A stretch of 64,000 nt of DNA, from NCBI GenBank assembly GCA_963831745.1, contig CAWHRD010000005.1:20341-84340 (forward strand), given 5' to 3'. Shown here piece by piece: positions 37,504-46,256 of this stretch (position 1 is the first letter of the stretch; the number at the start of each line of letters is the position of its first letter). Made by a program: the position numbers and the translations under genes. Origin of the DNA: an uncultured Chloroflexia bacterium (GTDB taxonomy: Bacteria > Chloroflexota > Limnocylindria > Limnocylindrales > CSP1-4). Under the pieces are notes generated by a model that did no database searches, was not told where the DNA came from, and saw nothing but the letters and a program-made list of their open reading frames with translations.

Positions 37504-37628
37504 CGTCGGGGGTGCGTGGCGGGCACGTCGGGGGTGCGTGGCGGGCACGCCGGGGGTGCGTGGCGGGCACGCCGGGGGTGCGTGGCGGGCACGTCGGGGG
37601 TGCGTGGCGGGCGCGTCGCGGGCGCGTC
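37504..37628. repeat. 22-nt x5 tandem repeat plus a partial sixth copy
   Basis: CG(T/C)CGGGGGTGCGTGGCGGGC(A/G) repeated head-to-tail with no spacers. Starts 43 nt after the stop at 37461. Confidence 0.85.
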
Positions 37629-38018
37629 TTGAGTTCTACTCAACACCGGGCCTCCTGGACACGCCAGATGGCAGGGAATCGTCGGTCAGACGCAAGGAAC
37701 CGGCTGTTTCGGCCCATGTGTGCCCAAAGACCGACGTCCAACGCAAAACACCGACGCGAGAGGGCGCCGAAGACGCCCGACGTGTAGTTCAACGCAAACG
37801 GGCCGGCCGCGAGGCTGTGACCGCGCTACCTGCCGCGTCGGGCGCGCGCGGCCCTTCGTCGGCTTGAGCCCAGGGGGCCGCGGACGCCCCTGGGCCGGCG
37901 CGGCTCGCAACCTACACCCGAGAACCAGCGATCAGCTGCCGGATGTCCCTCCACGGGATTCGATGCGCGGCAGGCCGTGGTGGTTTGCGGCGCCGGTCGA
38001 CCGGTGGCGACGCCGATG

Positions 38019-39401
38019 TCAGGCGGCGCGCATCCCGACCGGCACGCGCCCGCCCAGCCACCACAGGCCGCCGGCGACCAGGCCGCAGGCCACGGCCGCG
38101 CCCAGCCAGACGGCGGGGCCCGGCGCCACGTCGAGGACGGCGCCCGCCAACGCCGGCGCCATCGCCGAGCCGAGGCCGGTCGCGGCGCCGAGGTATCCCT
38201 GGTACCGCCCCCGGACGGCGACCGGGGAGAGGTCCGAGACGAACGACGGCGCGACAGGGAAGAACGACATCTCCCCGAACGTGACGAGGACGATCGCCAC
38301 GGCGAGGAATGGCAGCACGAGGGCCGCGCCGGGCATCCCGGCCACGACGAGGTAGGCGAGCCCCGAGCACAGGGCGCCCACCGCCATGAATCGCGGCCTC
38401 GAGCGACGCTCCGACAGCGAGCTGATCCGGAGCTGGAACAGCAGGATGAGGACCCCGTTGAGGGCGAACAGCAGGCCCCAGGTGGCCGTGGACACGCCGA
38501 GGTCGTAGGCGAAGATCGGCAGGATGGCGACCCACAGGAACTGCACGCCGTGGAAGGCCGCCGCCAGGACGAGGAACGAGGCGAAGACGCGCCGAACGCC
38601 GAGCGGGCGCCGGTTCGTCGCCGCGCCGGGCGCCACGGGATCGCCACCGGGCAGCGGCGCCACCGGCTCGGCACCGGGCAGCGGCGCCATGGGCTCGCCA
38701 CCGGCAACCGGCCCGGCGGCCATGTTGGCAGCCACCGCATCGACGAGCGCGACCCCCGCTGCCACGGGCATCGTCGGCGCCGGCCCCGCGGTCGGCCGCG
38801 TCTCCCGCAGCCCCACCAGGAGGATCACCGCGTAGCCGGCGACGATCACGCCGGCGGCGACGAACAGGACGCCGAAGCCGAGGCTGGAGAGGCCCGCTCC
38901 CACCGAGGGTCCCACGATCCAGCCGACGCTGGCCGCCATCCCGAGCAGGCCGTAGGCGCGCGGTCGCCGCTCGGGAGCGACCACGTCGGCGACGGCGGCG
39001 CGGGCCGCCGGGACGAACGGCGGGTCGACGAGGCCGAGGAGCATCGTCAGGCCGGCCACCCAGGCCAGTTCGCGCACGAGGCCCATGGCGGCGATCACGA
39101 CGGCCGTGCAGATGATCGAGACCACCATGACCGGCTTCCGCCCGACGCGATCCGCGAGCACTCCTCCGAGTGCCGTCGAGACGATCGAAACGATCGAGTA
39201 GAGGCCGAGGACGAGGCCGGCCTCGGCCGCGCTGGCGCCCAGCTCGGCCGTCAAGTAGATGGTCAGGAACGGGAAGACGAGGCTGAACCCGAAGCTGGCG
39301 ACGAGGTCGCCGAGCGCAAGGACGAAGATCGCGCGGTCGAACTCCTCGCGGAGCGCCCGCAGCCTCCGGGCGGGAGAGAGTCGAGCCCCGAAGCCGCTCA
39401 C
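38019..39401 (-). CDS. MFS transporter
   Basis: The 1159-aa track ORF was trimmed to the GTG at 39401 (VSGFGARLSPARRLRAL...). 12-TM-like profile. DRVGRKP motif between TM2 and TM3. The central loop carries a 27-nt x3 in-frame repeat. Confidence 0.8.
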   Translation of the reverse strand: MSGFGARLSPARRLRALREEFDRAIFVLALGDLVASFGFSLVFPFLTIYLTAELGASAAEAGLVLGLYSIVSIVSTALGGVLADRVGRKPVMVVSIICTAVVIAAMGLVRELAWVAGLTMLLGLVDPPFVPAARAAVADVVAPERRPRAYGLLGMAASVGWIVGPSVGAGLSSLGFGVLFVAAGVIVAGYAVILLVGLRETRPTAGPAPTMPVAAGVALVDAVAANMAAGPVAGGEPMAPLPGAEPVAPLPGGDPVAPGAATNRRPLGVRRVFASFLVLAAAFHGVQFLWVAILPIFAYDLGVSTATWGLLFALNGVLILLFQLRISSLSERRSRPRFMAVGALCSGLAYLVVAGMPGAALVLPFLAVAIVLVTFGEMSFFPVAPSFVSDLSPVAVRGRYQGYLGAATGLGSAMAPALAGAVLDVAPGPAVWLGAAVACGLVAGGLWWLGGRVPVGMRAA

Positions 39402-39761
39402 CCGTCGAGTATGGCGCGCCGCCCGGGCACTCGAAGCACCCTCGCCGGTCGCTTCGCCCTGCGTCGGATGGCCGGCGGAGGACGTTCCAGCCCAGCCTGA
39501 CGCACAGGTCGGCGCGCGGCGATCCGTCGTGCGATCGCCCTGGCGACAGCCGCGCACGGTCAGGGCCCCACCGAGCGGGCATCCGCTGCCGTCCATGCTC
39601 CGCTGTCGCCAAACCGATCGCGGGGCCGATCCGGGTGGCGGCCGGACGGGGCACCCGGAGACGGGGCCCGGCGGGCACCCAAGCAGCTCCCACTCGACGG
39701 GCGCCCGCGGTGTTGGCGCCGGGCGGTTGACATGCCGGGCGGGATGCGCGACAAACGCCGC

Positions 39762-41117
39762 ATGGCCAGCCACCGCGTCGTGATCGTCGGCGGCGGGTTC
39801 GGGGGGCTCAACGTCGCGCGCGAGCTCGGCCGCGACCCGCGCGTGGCGGTGACGCTCGTCGACCGCCGCAACTTCCACCTCTTCCAGCCGCTGCTCTACC
39901 AGGTGGCCACCGGGGCCCTCTCGCCAGGCGACATCGCCCAGCCGCTGCGCTCGGTCCTGCGGCGCAACCGGAACACGACGGTGCTCCTCGGCGAGGCCGT
40001 GGGGATCGACCTCGAGCGCCGCGAGGTGCTCATGTCGGACGGCGGCCCGATCCCCTACGACACCCTCGTCGTCGCGACCGGCGCGCGCCACTCCTACTTC
40101 GGCCGCGACGAATGGGCGGCGTACGCTCCCGGCCTCAAGTCGATCGACGACGCGCTCGAGATCCGGCGCCGGATCCTCATCGCCTTCGAGGCCGCCGAGC
40201 GCGAGCAGAACCCGGAGCGCCGGGCCGAGTGGATGACCTTCGTGGTGGTCGGCGGCGGGCCGACGGGCGTCGAGCTGGCCGGCGCGCTCGGCGAGATCTC
40301 GAACGACACCCTGCGCCGCGACTTCCGCTCCATCCACCCTCCCGACGCCCGGATCATCCTCGTCGAGGCGCTCGACCGGGTGCTCCCGCCCTACCCGCCC
40401 GACCGCTCGGCCTCGGCGAAGCGCCAGCTGGAGCGGCTCGGCGTCGAGGTCCGCACCGGGACGCGCGTCGTCGATCTCGACGAGCGGAGCGTCCGGGTCC
40501 AGGTCGGCGACGCCGTGGAGGAGATCCCGGCCCGGACCATCCTGTGGGCGGCCGGGGTGCAGGCGTCGAGCTTCGCCCGGGCCGTCGCGGCGGCGACGGG
40601 GGCAGAGACGGATCGGGCCGGGCGGATCGTCGTCGGGCGGGACCTGCGGATCCCCGGCCACCCGGAGATCTTCGCGATCGGCGACGCGGCCGTGCAGCCT
40701 TGGCGCCGGGACCGGCCCACGCCGGGCGTCGCGCAGGGCGCGATCCAGCCCGGCCAGCACGTCGGGAAAGCGATCCGGCGACGCCTCTCCGGCGAGCCGG
40801 TCCTGCCGTTCCGCTACCGGGACAAGGGCGACGTCGCGGTCATCGGCCGGCTGGCGGGGGTGACGAACATCGGGTGGCTCGGGCCGTTCGGGCGCCAAGG
40901 GGGCTTCACGGCGTGGCTGATGTGGCTGGTCATCCACATCTTCTACCTGATCGGCTTCGCCAACCGCATCGTCGTCGTGGTCCGCTGGGCGTGGAGCTTC
41001 TTCACCAGCGGCCGCGGGACACGGCTCATCACCGGCTCGCCGCTGCTGCCGCCGATCGAGGAGCCGGCGCCGCCGGCGACGTCGATCACCTCGGGCGCGT
41101 ACCGGCCGCCGGGCTGA
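39762..41117 (+). CDS. ndh: Type II NADH:quinone oxidoreductase (NDH-2)
   Basis: Two dinucleotide-binding motifs, VVIVGGGFGG and VVVGGGPTGVE. FHLFQPLLYQVATG. C-terminal membrane-association helix. Alternative start at 39732. Confidence 0.85.
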   Translation: MASHRVVIVGGGFGGLNVARELGRDPRVAVTLVDRRNFHLFQPLLYQVATGALSPGDIAQPLRSVLRRNRNTTVLLGEAVGIDLERREVLMSDGGPIPYDTLVVATGARHSYFGRDEWAAYAPGLKSIDDALEIRRRILIAFEAAEREQNPERRAEWMTFVVVGGGPTGVELAGALGEISNDTLRRDFRSIHPPDARIILVEALDRVLPPYPPDRSASAKRQLERLGVEVRTGTRVVDLDERSVRVQVGDAVEEIPARTILWAAGVQASSFARAVAAATGAETDRAGRIVVGRDLRIPGHPEIFAIGDAAVQPWRRDRPTPGVAQGAIQPGQHVGKAIRRRLSGEPVLPFRYRDKGDVAVIGRLAGVTNIGWLGPFGRQGGFTAWLMWLVIHIFYLIGFANRIVVVVRWAWSFFTSGRGTRLITGSPLLPPIEEPAPPATSITSGAYRPPG

Positions 41118-41197
41118 CGGCGCTCCGCTCTGCGGCCGCCCTCGGCCAGTAGCCCCGCGCGGGCCGCCAGCGGCGGCGGTGCCGCAGCGGCGCCCGG

Positions 41198-41920
41198 TCA
41201 ATGCCGGCCGATCGCCACCAGTTGCGTGGCGCCCCGCACGCCGACCGTGCGCAGGCGGGCACGCAGCTCCTCGCCGCGAGCCTGGAGCGCCGGGTGTCCC
41301 TCCGCGAGGACGACGTAGCGGTCGATCGCCGCCTCCAGGTCGGCGATGGCTGAAGGGTCGTGCGGGTCCTCGTCCGCGTCGGAGAGGTCGACGAGGCGCA
41401 GGTCCTCGAGGCCGAGGCTCTCGACGATCTCCACGATCTCGGCGCGCCGGTACGTCTCGCGGTGGACCTCGCCGCGGACCGTGCCGACCGCGGCCCACCA
41501 GTGGTGCAGCAGCACGTGGGTCATCTGCTCGTCGGACTGGCCGTCGCGGTACATCTCGTTGACGATCACGTGGCCGCCCGGGCGCACGACGCGCAGCATC
41601 TCAGCGAGGACCGGGGCGGGGTCCGCGAAGTGGTGCAGCGAGTTCGAGACGCAGACGGTGTCGAACGAGACATCGGCGAACGCGAGCCGGTGGGCGTCCA
41701 TCTCCAGGAACCGAACCTCCGGCCGGTCCCCGAAGGCCTCCTCGAACGCCGCGGCGCGCGCCGCGTTCGTGTCGATGCCCACGATCTCGACGTGATCCCT
41801 GAGCCCGTCGAGGAGCAAGCGGACGAAGTCGCCGGTCCCGGTGGCGACGTCGAGGACGTGGCCGCCGGACACGTCGCCGAGAACCGCCTTCGGATCGGTG
41901 GCCGTCATGGCCGACAGCAT
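41198..41920 (-). CDS. Class I SAM-dependent methyltransferase
   Basis: Track ORF trimmed to the ATG at 41920 (alternative at 41908). Motif I is VLDVATGTGDF. Also FDTVCVSNSLHH and VRPGGHVIV. Confidence 0.8.
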   Translation of the reverse strand: MLSAMTATDPKAVLGDVSGGHVLDVATGTGDFVRLLLDGLRDHVEIVGIDTNAARAAAFEEAFGDRPEVRFLEMDAHRLAFADVSFDTVCVSNSLHHFADPAPVLAEMLRVVRPGGHVIVNEMYRDGQSDEQMTHVLLHHWWAAVGTVRGEVHRETYRRAEIVEIVESLGLEDLRLVDLSDADEDPHDPSAIADLEAAIDRYVVLAEGHPALQARGEELRARLRTVGVRGATQLVAIGRH

Positions 41921-41978
41921 GCCATGCGGCGGGACGGACCTCTCCGGGGACCCGCGAACGGCGACCGGGAACCGCGCC

Positions 41979-42046
41979 CGCGCCGGGTGGCTCGGTCCCG
42001 TGCCGGGTGGCTCGGCGCCGTGGCGGGTAGCTCGGCCCCGTACCGC
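41979..42046. repeat. 20-nt x3 tandem repeat in a divergent spacer
   Basis: CGCGCCGGGTGGCTCGGTCC, CGTGCCGGGTGGCTCGGCGC, CGTGGCGGGTAGCTCGGCCC, then a partial copy. Confidence 0.75.
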
Positions 42047-42058
42047 TATCCTGCCCGG

Positions 42059-42562
42059 ATGCGCGACCCCGCTCCCGAGCCCCTCGAGACGCCGGCCCTT
42101 CGCGCGATCGCGCGCGCGGGCGTCCCGTTCACGGTCGTGCGGACGGTCCCGGCCCGCGACGCCGAGGAGAGCGCGAGGCTCCAGGGGATCGAGCTGTCGT
42201 CGCTCCTGCGCACGATCGTCGTGCGGCGCGGGACCGACGATTACGTGTTCGTGCTCGTCCCGGCGGGCCGGCGGTTCGACTGGCCGAAGCTGCGCGCCCA
42301 TCTCGGCGTGAGCCGGCTCTCCCTGCCGGACCAGGACGAGGCGAAGGAGGTCACCGGGTACGAGCGCGGGGCGATCACGCCGTTCGGGGCCGATCGCGCC
42401 TGGCCGGTGATCGCGGACGGCTCGCTGCTGGCGAACGAGCGCGTCGCGATCGGCGGCGGGGTCCGCGGCGTCAACCTCCACCTGGCGCCCGACGATCTCG
42501 TGGCGGCGCTCGCGGCCGAGGTTGCCGACGTGACCGTCGTCGAGGAGCAGCCCCCGGGCTGA
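42059..42562 (+). CDS. YbaK/EbsC-type aminoacyl-tRNA editing (deacylase) domain protein
   Basis: Trimmed to the ATG at 42059. 167 aa. The LLRTIVVR...FVLVPAGRRFDWPKL...TGYERGAITPFG pattern is typical of YbaK/ProX. Confidence 0.75.
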   Translation: MRDPAPEPLETPALRAIARAGVPFTVVRTVPARDAEESARLQGIELSSLLRTIVVRRGTDDYVFVLVPAGRRFDWPKLRAHLGVSRLSLPDQDEAKEVTGYERGAITPFGADRAWPVIADGSLLANERVAIGGGVRGVNLHLAPDDLVAALAAEVADVTVVEEQPPG

Positions 42563-42624
42563 CCACTTCCGCTCCCCCGCGGATTTCGGCTACGCTCCCG
42601 CCCCAACGGAGCCGAGGAGCGCAC

Positions 42625-45600
42625 GTGACCTGTCCCGCCTGCGGGCACCAGAACCCGGCCGGCATGAAGTTCTGCGGCGAGTGCGGAACCCGCCTGGCGA
42701 GCGGGTGCCGCGCGTGCGGCTTCCAGAACCCGCCGGGTATGAAGTTCTGCGGCGAGTGCGGAACGCTGCTCGCGACGACCTCGGGAGGCGCTCCGGGCGG
42801 CGCAGCGGGCGGAGCGGCGGGGGTTGCCCAGCCTTTGGCGGCCGACCCCTCGGCGGCGTCGGGCGCGGTTCCCGCATCGATCCCGACGGCCGCGGCCGTC
42901 ACCGAGCGGCGCCTCGTCAGCGTGCTGTTCGCGGACCTCGTCGGCTTCACGAGCCGCTCCGACAGCACCGATCCCGAGCAGGTCCGCGAGTTCCTGGCGC
43001 GCTACTTCGAGCTGTGCCGGGAGATCGTGGAGCGCTACGGCGGCACGGTCGAGAAGTTCATCGGCGACGCCGTGATGGCCGTCTGGGGCACGCCGGTGGC
43101 CCAGGAGGACGACGCCGAGCGGGCCGTGCGAACGGCCCTGGACCTCGTCGACGCGGTGCGCCACCTCGGCCGCCAGGCCGGCGACGAGGCGCTGGAGCTG
43201 CGGGCCGGCGTCCTCACCGGCGAAGCGGCGGTAACCCTGGGCGCCGTCGGTCACGGGATGATCGCGGGCGACCTCGTCAACACGGCGTCGCGGCTCCAGT
43301 CGGTGGCACCGCCGGGGACCGTGCTCGTGGGCGAGACCACCAAGCGCGCGGCGTCGGGCGCCATCGCGTTCGAGGCCGCCGGCGACCAGCTCCTGAAGGG
43401 CAAGCCCGCCCCGGTGCCGGCGTGGCGGGCGCTCCGGGTGGTGGCCGAGCGCGGCGGCGCCGGCCGCGCCGAGGGCGTCGAAGCCCCGTTCGTCGGCCGC
43501 GACGACGAGCTGCGACTGCTGAAGGACTTCCTCCACGCCACCTCGCGCGAGCGACGCGTCCGGCTCCTCTCCGTGACGGGCCAGGGCGGCATCGGGAAGA
43601 GCCGTCTCGCCTGGGAGTTCCTCAAGTACATCGACGGCGTCAGCGAGACGATCTACTGGCACCAGGGCCGCTCCCCGTCCTTCGGGGAGGGCCTCACGTT
43701 CTGGGCGCTCGGCGAGATGGTCCGCCGGCGCGCGGGGCTCCGGGAGGGCGACGACGCCGCGACCACCCACGAGCGGATCGCCGCGACCCTCACCGAGTTC
43801 GTCGACGACGAGGACGAGCGGCGCCGGCTGGAGCCCGCGCTGCTGTCCCTCCTCGGCGTCGGCGACGCCCCGACCGGCGGGCGCGCTGAGCTGTTCAACG
43901 CCTGGCGGACGTTCTTCGAGCGGATCGCGCTGCAGGGCACGACCGTGCTCGTCTTCGAGGATCTCCAGTGGGCCGACGCGGGGCTCATGGAGTTCATCGA
44001 CCACCTGCTCGAGTGGTCGATCGGCTACCCGATCCTCGTGATCACGCTGGCGCGGCCCGACCTCCTGGAGCGGCGACCCGACTGGGGCGCCGGCCGACGG
44101 AACTTCGTGGCGCTCGCGCTCGGGCCCCTGTCCGACGGGGCGATGCGGGAGCTGCTCGCCGGGCTCGTCCCGGGTCTGCCGTCGACGACGGTGCGGGCGA
44201 TCCTCCAGCGCGCCGACGGGATCCCCCTGTACGCCGTCGAGACGATCCGGATGCTCGTGGAGGACGGGCGCCTGGAGGAGTCGGACGGAGTCTACCGCCC
44301 GGTTGGCGACCTCGGCGAGCTGCAGGTCCCCGACACGCTCCACGCCCTCATCGCGGCCCGCCTCGATGCCGTCGAACCGGCCGATCGCGCGCTCCTGCAG
44401 GACGGCTCGGTGCTCGGCCAGTCGTTCTCGGTGGCCGCGCTCGCGGCCCTGACCGGCGAGCCGGAGGACGTCCTGGAGCCGCGCCTCCGCGGCCTGGTCC
44501 ACCGCGAGATCCTCCACCTCGACACCGACCCGCGGTCGCCCGAGCGCGGGCAGTTCGGCTTCACGCAGGCCCTGGTCCGCGAGGTTGCCTACTCGACGCT
44601 GGCGAAGCGGGACCGGCGGGCGAAGCACCTCGCCGCCGCTCGGTACTACGAGAGCCTGGGCGACGAGGAGGTCGCCGGCGTCCTGGCCACGCACTACGTG
44701 GACGCCTACCAGGCGGCTCCCGACGGGGCCGAGGGCGACGCCGTCGCGGCCCAGGCGCGCATCGCGCTCCGCGCCGCCGCCGACCGCGCCACCGCGCTGG
44801 GCGCCCACGAGAGCGCCATCGGCTACTGGGAGCGTGCCCGAACGGTCACCGCGGACCCCGCCGACGAGGCCGACCTGCTCGAGAAGATTGGACTCGCCAA
44901 CCGGAACCTCGGCCACTTCGTGGCCGCCGAGGCGGCCTTCCGCGACGCGCTGGAGCGCTACCGCGGGCTGGGCGATCGCGTGGGCGCCGCGAGGGCCTCG
45001 TACGGCCTCGGGCGCTCGCTCGGCTCGGCCGGCCGGCTCCTCGAGGGGATGCCCGTCGCCGAGGCCGCCGCCGCCGACATCGCGGACCTCGCGCCCCACC
45101 GGGTGCTGGTCGAGCTCTGGCTCGCGCTGGCCTCTGGCCACAGCCAGGTCGGCGACCAGCCCAGGGCCCTCGACCTCTGCGACCGGGCGCTGACCGACGC
45201 GGAGCGGCTGCGGCTGCCGGACCTCGTGATGGACGGTCTGCAGCTCAAGGGCGGCATCTACTGGCTGATGGCCCGCCCGACCGAAGGCCGAGCGCTCACC
45301 GAGTCGTCCCTGCGACTGGCCGAGCGGGCCGGCGCCGGGCCCCAGACGGCCCGGGCCGCCTTCGGCCTGTCGCTGTCGCTGTTCGACGAGGACCCCCGGG
45401 CGGCGGCCGAGCTGGGCCGGCGCACCGTCGAGCTGTGCCGGCGCTTCGGCCTCGGGCCGATGCGCCTGACCACGCTGATGAACACCGCCGAGGTGTCGCT
45501 GGAGGTCGGCGACTGGGCCTGGCTGGAGGCCGAGCTCGATGCCGTCGATCGCGACGAGCTCGAGCCGTCGGATCGGGTGACGTTCGACGTGGCGCGGGTC

Positions 45601-46254
45601 GAGATCGCCTCGATGCGCGGCCGCGACGTGGCGACGACGACGGAGGAGATCCGCCTGGCCGCCGCCAGGTTGCAGGATCCCCAGGTCGCGGCCGGCACGG
45701 GGATCGGCCTGGGCCTCGTCGCGTTCGCAGAGGGCCGCTTCGAGGACGCCATCCGGGAGGTCGCGGCGGCCGAGCACGACGACCTCAACGCCCCGTTCGC
45801 ACGGATCATCGCCGGGCGCTCCGCCGTGCGGCTGGGCGATGCGGCCCGGGCACGGGTCGCGCTGGACGCGCTCGACGCGAGCGGCCCGCGGGGCGCCGCC
45901 GGCGCGGTCCACCGCGACGTGCTGGCCGCAGGCGTCGCGACGCTCGAGGGCCGCTGGCGGGAGGGCGCGGCCGCCTTCAACGACGCCTGGCGCCGGTACC
46001 GCGAGCTCCGGATGGACGTCGCGCTCGCCGCGAGCGCCCTCGACTGCCTGGCCGTCGCGCCGCCGGGCGACCCGCTGGCGGAGGTGGCCGCACGGGACGC
46101 GCGGCCGATCCTGGAGCGGGAGGGGGCGACCGCCTACCTGGCGCAGCTCGATCGGCTGCTGGCCGCGCGGGGTGCGGCGGGTGCCGCGCCGGCGCGCGGG
46201 TCGACGCAGGCGTCGGCGGGCGGCGTGGCTGCTCCCGGACGGCCAACCGCCTGA
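42625..46254 (+). CDS. Double zinc-ribbon / class III adenylate-guanylate cyclase / STAND AAA ATPase / TPR-like multidomain protein
   Basis: 1209 aa. Two CPxCG...KFCGECG zinc ribbons. Cyclase core VSVLFADLVGFT...KFIGDAVMAVWG. P-loop GQGGIGKSRL. Long helical-repeat C-terminus. Confidence 0.85.
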   Translation: MTCPACGHQNPAGMKFCGECGTRLASGCRACGFQNPPGMKFCGECGTLLATTSGGAPGGAAGGAAGVAQPLAADPSAASGAVPASIPTAAAVTERRLVSVLFADLVGFTSRSDSTDPEQVREFLARYFELCREIVERYGGTVEKFIGDAVMAVWGTPVAQEDDAERAVRTALDLVDAVRHLGRQAGDEALELRAGVLTGEAAVTLGAVGHGMIAGDLVNTASRLQSVAPPGTVLVGETTKRAASGAIAFEAAGDQLLKGKPAPVPAWRALRVVAERGGAGRAEGVEAPFVGRDDELRLLKDFLHATSRERRVRLLSVTGQGGIGKSRLAWEFLKYIDGVSETIYWHQGRSPSFGEGLTFWALGEMVRRRAGLREGDDAATTHERIAATLTEFVDDEDERRRLEPALLSLLGVGDAPTGGRAELFNAWRTFFERIALQGTTVLVFEDLQWADAGLMEFIDHLLEWSIGYPILVITLARPDLLERRPDWGAGRRNFVALALGPLSDGAMRELLAGLVPGLPSTTVRAILQRADGIPLYAVETIRMLVEDGRLEESDGVYRPVGDLGELQVPDTLHALIAARLDAVEPADRALLQDGSVLGQSFSVAALAALTGEPEDVLEPRLRGLVHREILHLDTDPRSPERGQFGFTQALVREVAYSTLAKRDRRAKHLAAARYYESLGDEEVAGVLATHYVDAYQAAPDGAEGDAVAAQARIALRAAADRATALGAHESAIGYWERARTVTADPADEADLLEKIGLANRNLGHFVAAEAAFRDALERYRGLGDRVGAARASYGLGRSLGSAGRLLEGMPVAEAAAADIADLAPHRVLVELWLALASGHSQVGDQPRALDLCDRALTDAERLRLPDLVMDGLQLKGGIYWLMARPTEGRALTESSLRLAERAGAGPQTARAAFGLSLSLFDEDPRAAAELGRRTVELCRRFGLGPMRLTTLMNTAEVSLEVGDWAWLEAELDAVDRDELEPSDRVTFDVARVEIASMRGRDVATTTEEIRLAAARLQDPQVAAGTGIGLGLVAFAEGRFEDAIREVAAAEHDDLNAPFARIIAGRSAVRLGDAARARVALDALDASGPRGAAGAVHRDVLAAGVATLEGRWREGAAAFNDAWRRYRELRMDVALAASALDCLAVAPPGDPLAEVAARDARPILEREGATAYLAQLDRLLAARGAAGAAPARGSTQASAGGVAAPGRPTA

Positions 46255-46256
46255 CG

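Noticed and set aside
37504-37628. Possible CRISPR array. The same question applies to the other tandem arrays at 21.1, 28.6, 42.0 and 47.6 kb.
   Set aside because: The units are directly adjacent with no unique spacers, there are only 2-5 copies, and no cas genes are in the window. These are plain tandem repeats, not CRISPR.
37686-38355. Track ORFs 37686..37910 (minus strand) and 37720..38355 (plus strand) in the convergent spacer.
   Set aside because: The composition is not protein-like: Arg/Pro-rich with many rare-looking codons. They overlap the 3' end of the MFS gene and no family is recognisable. The region is treated as non-coding.
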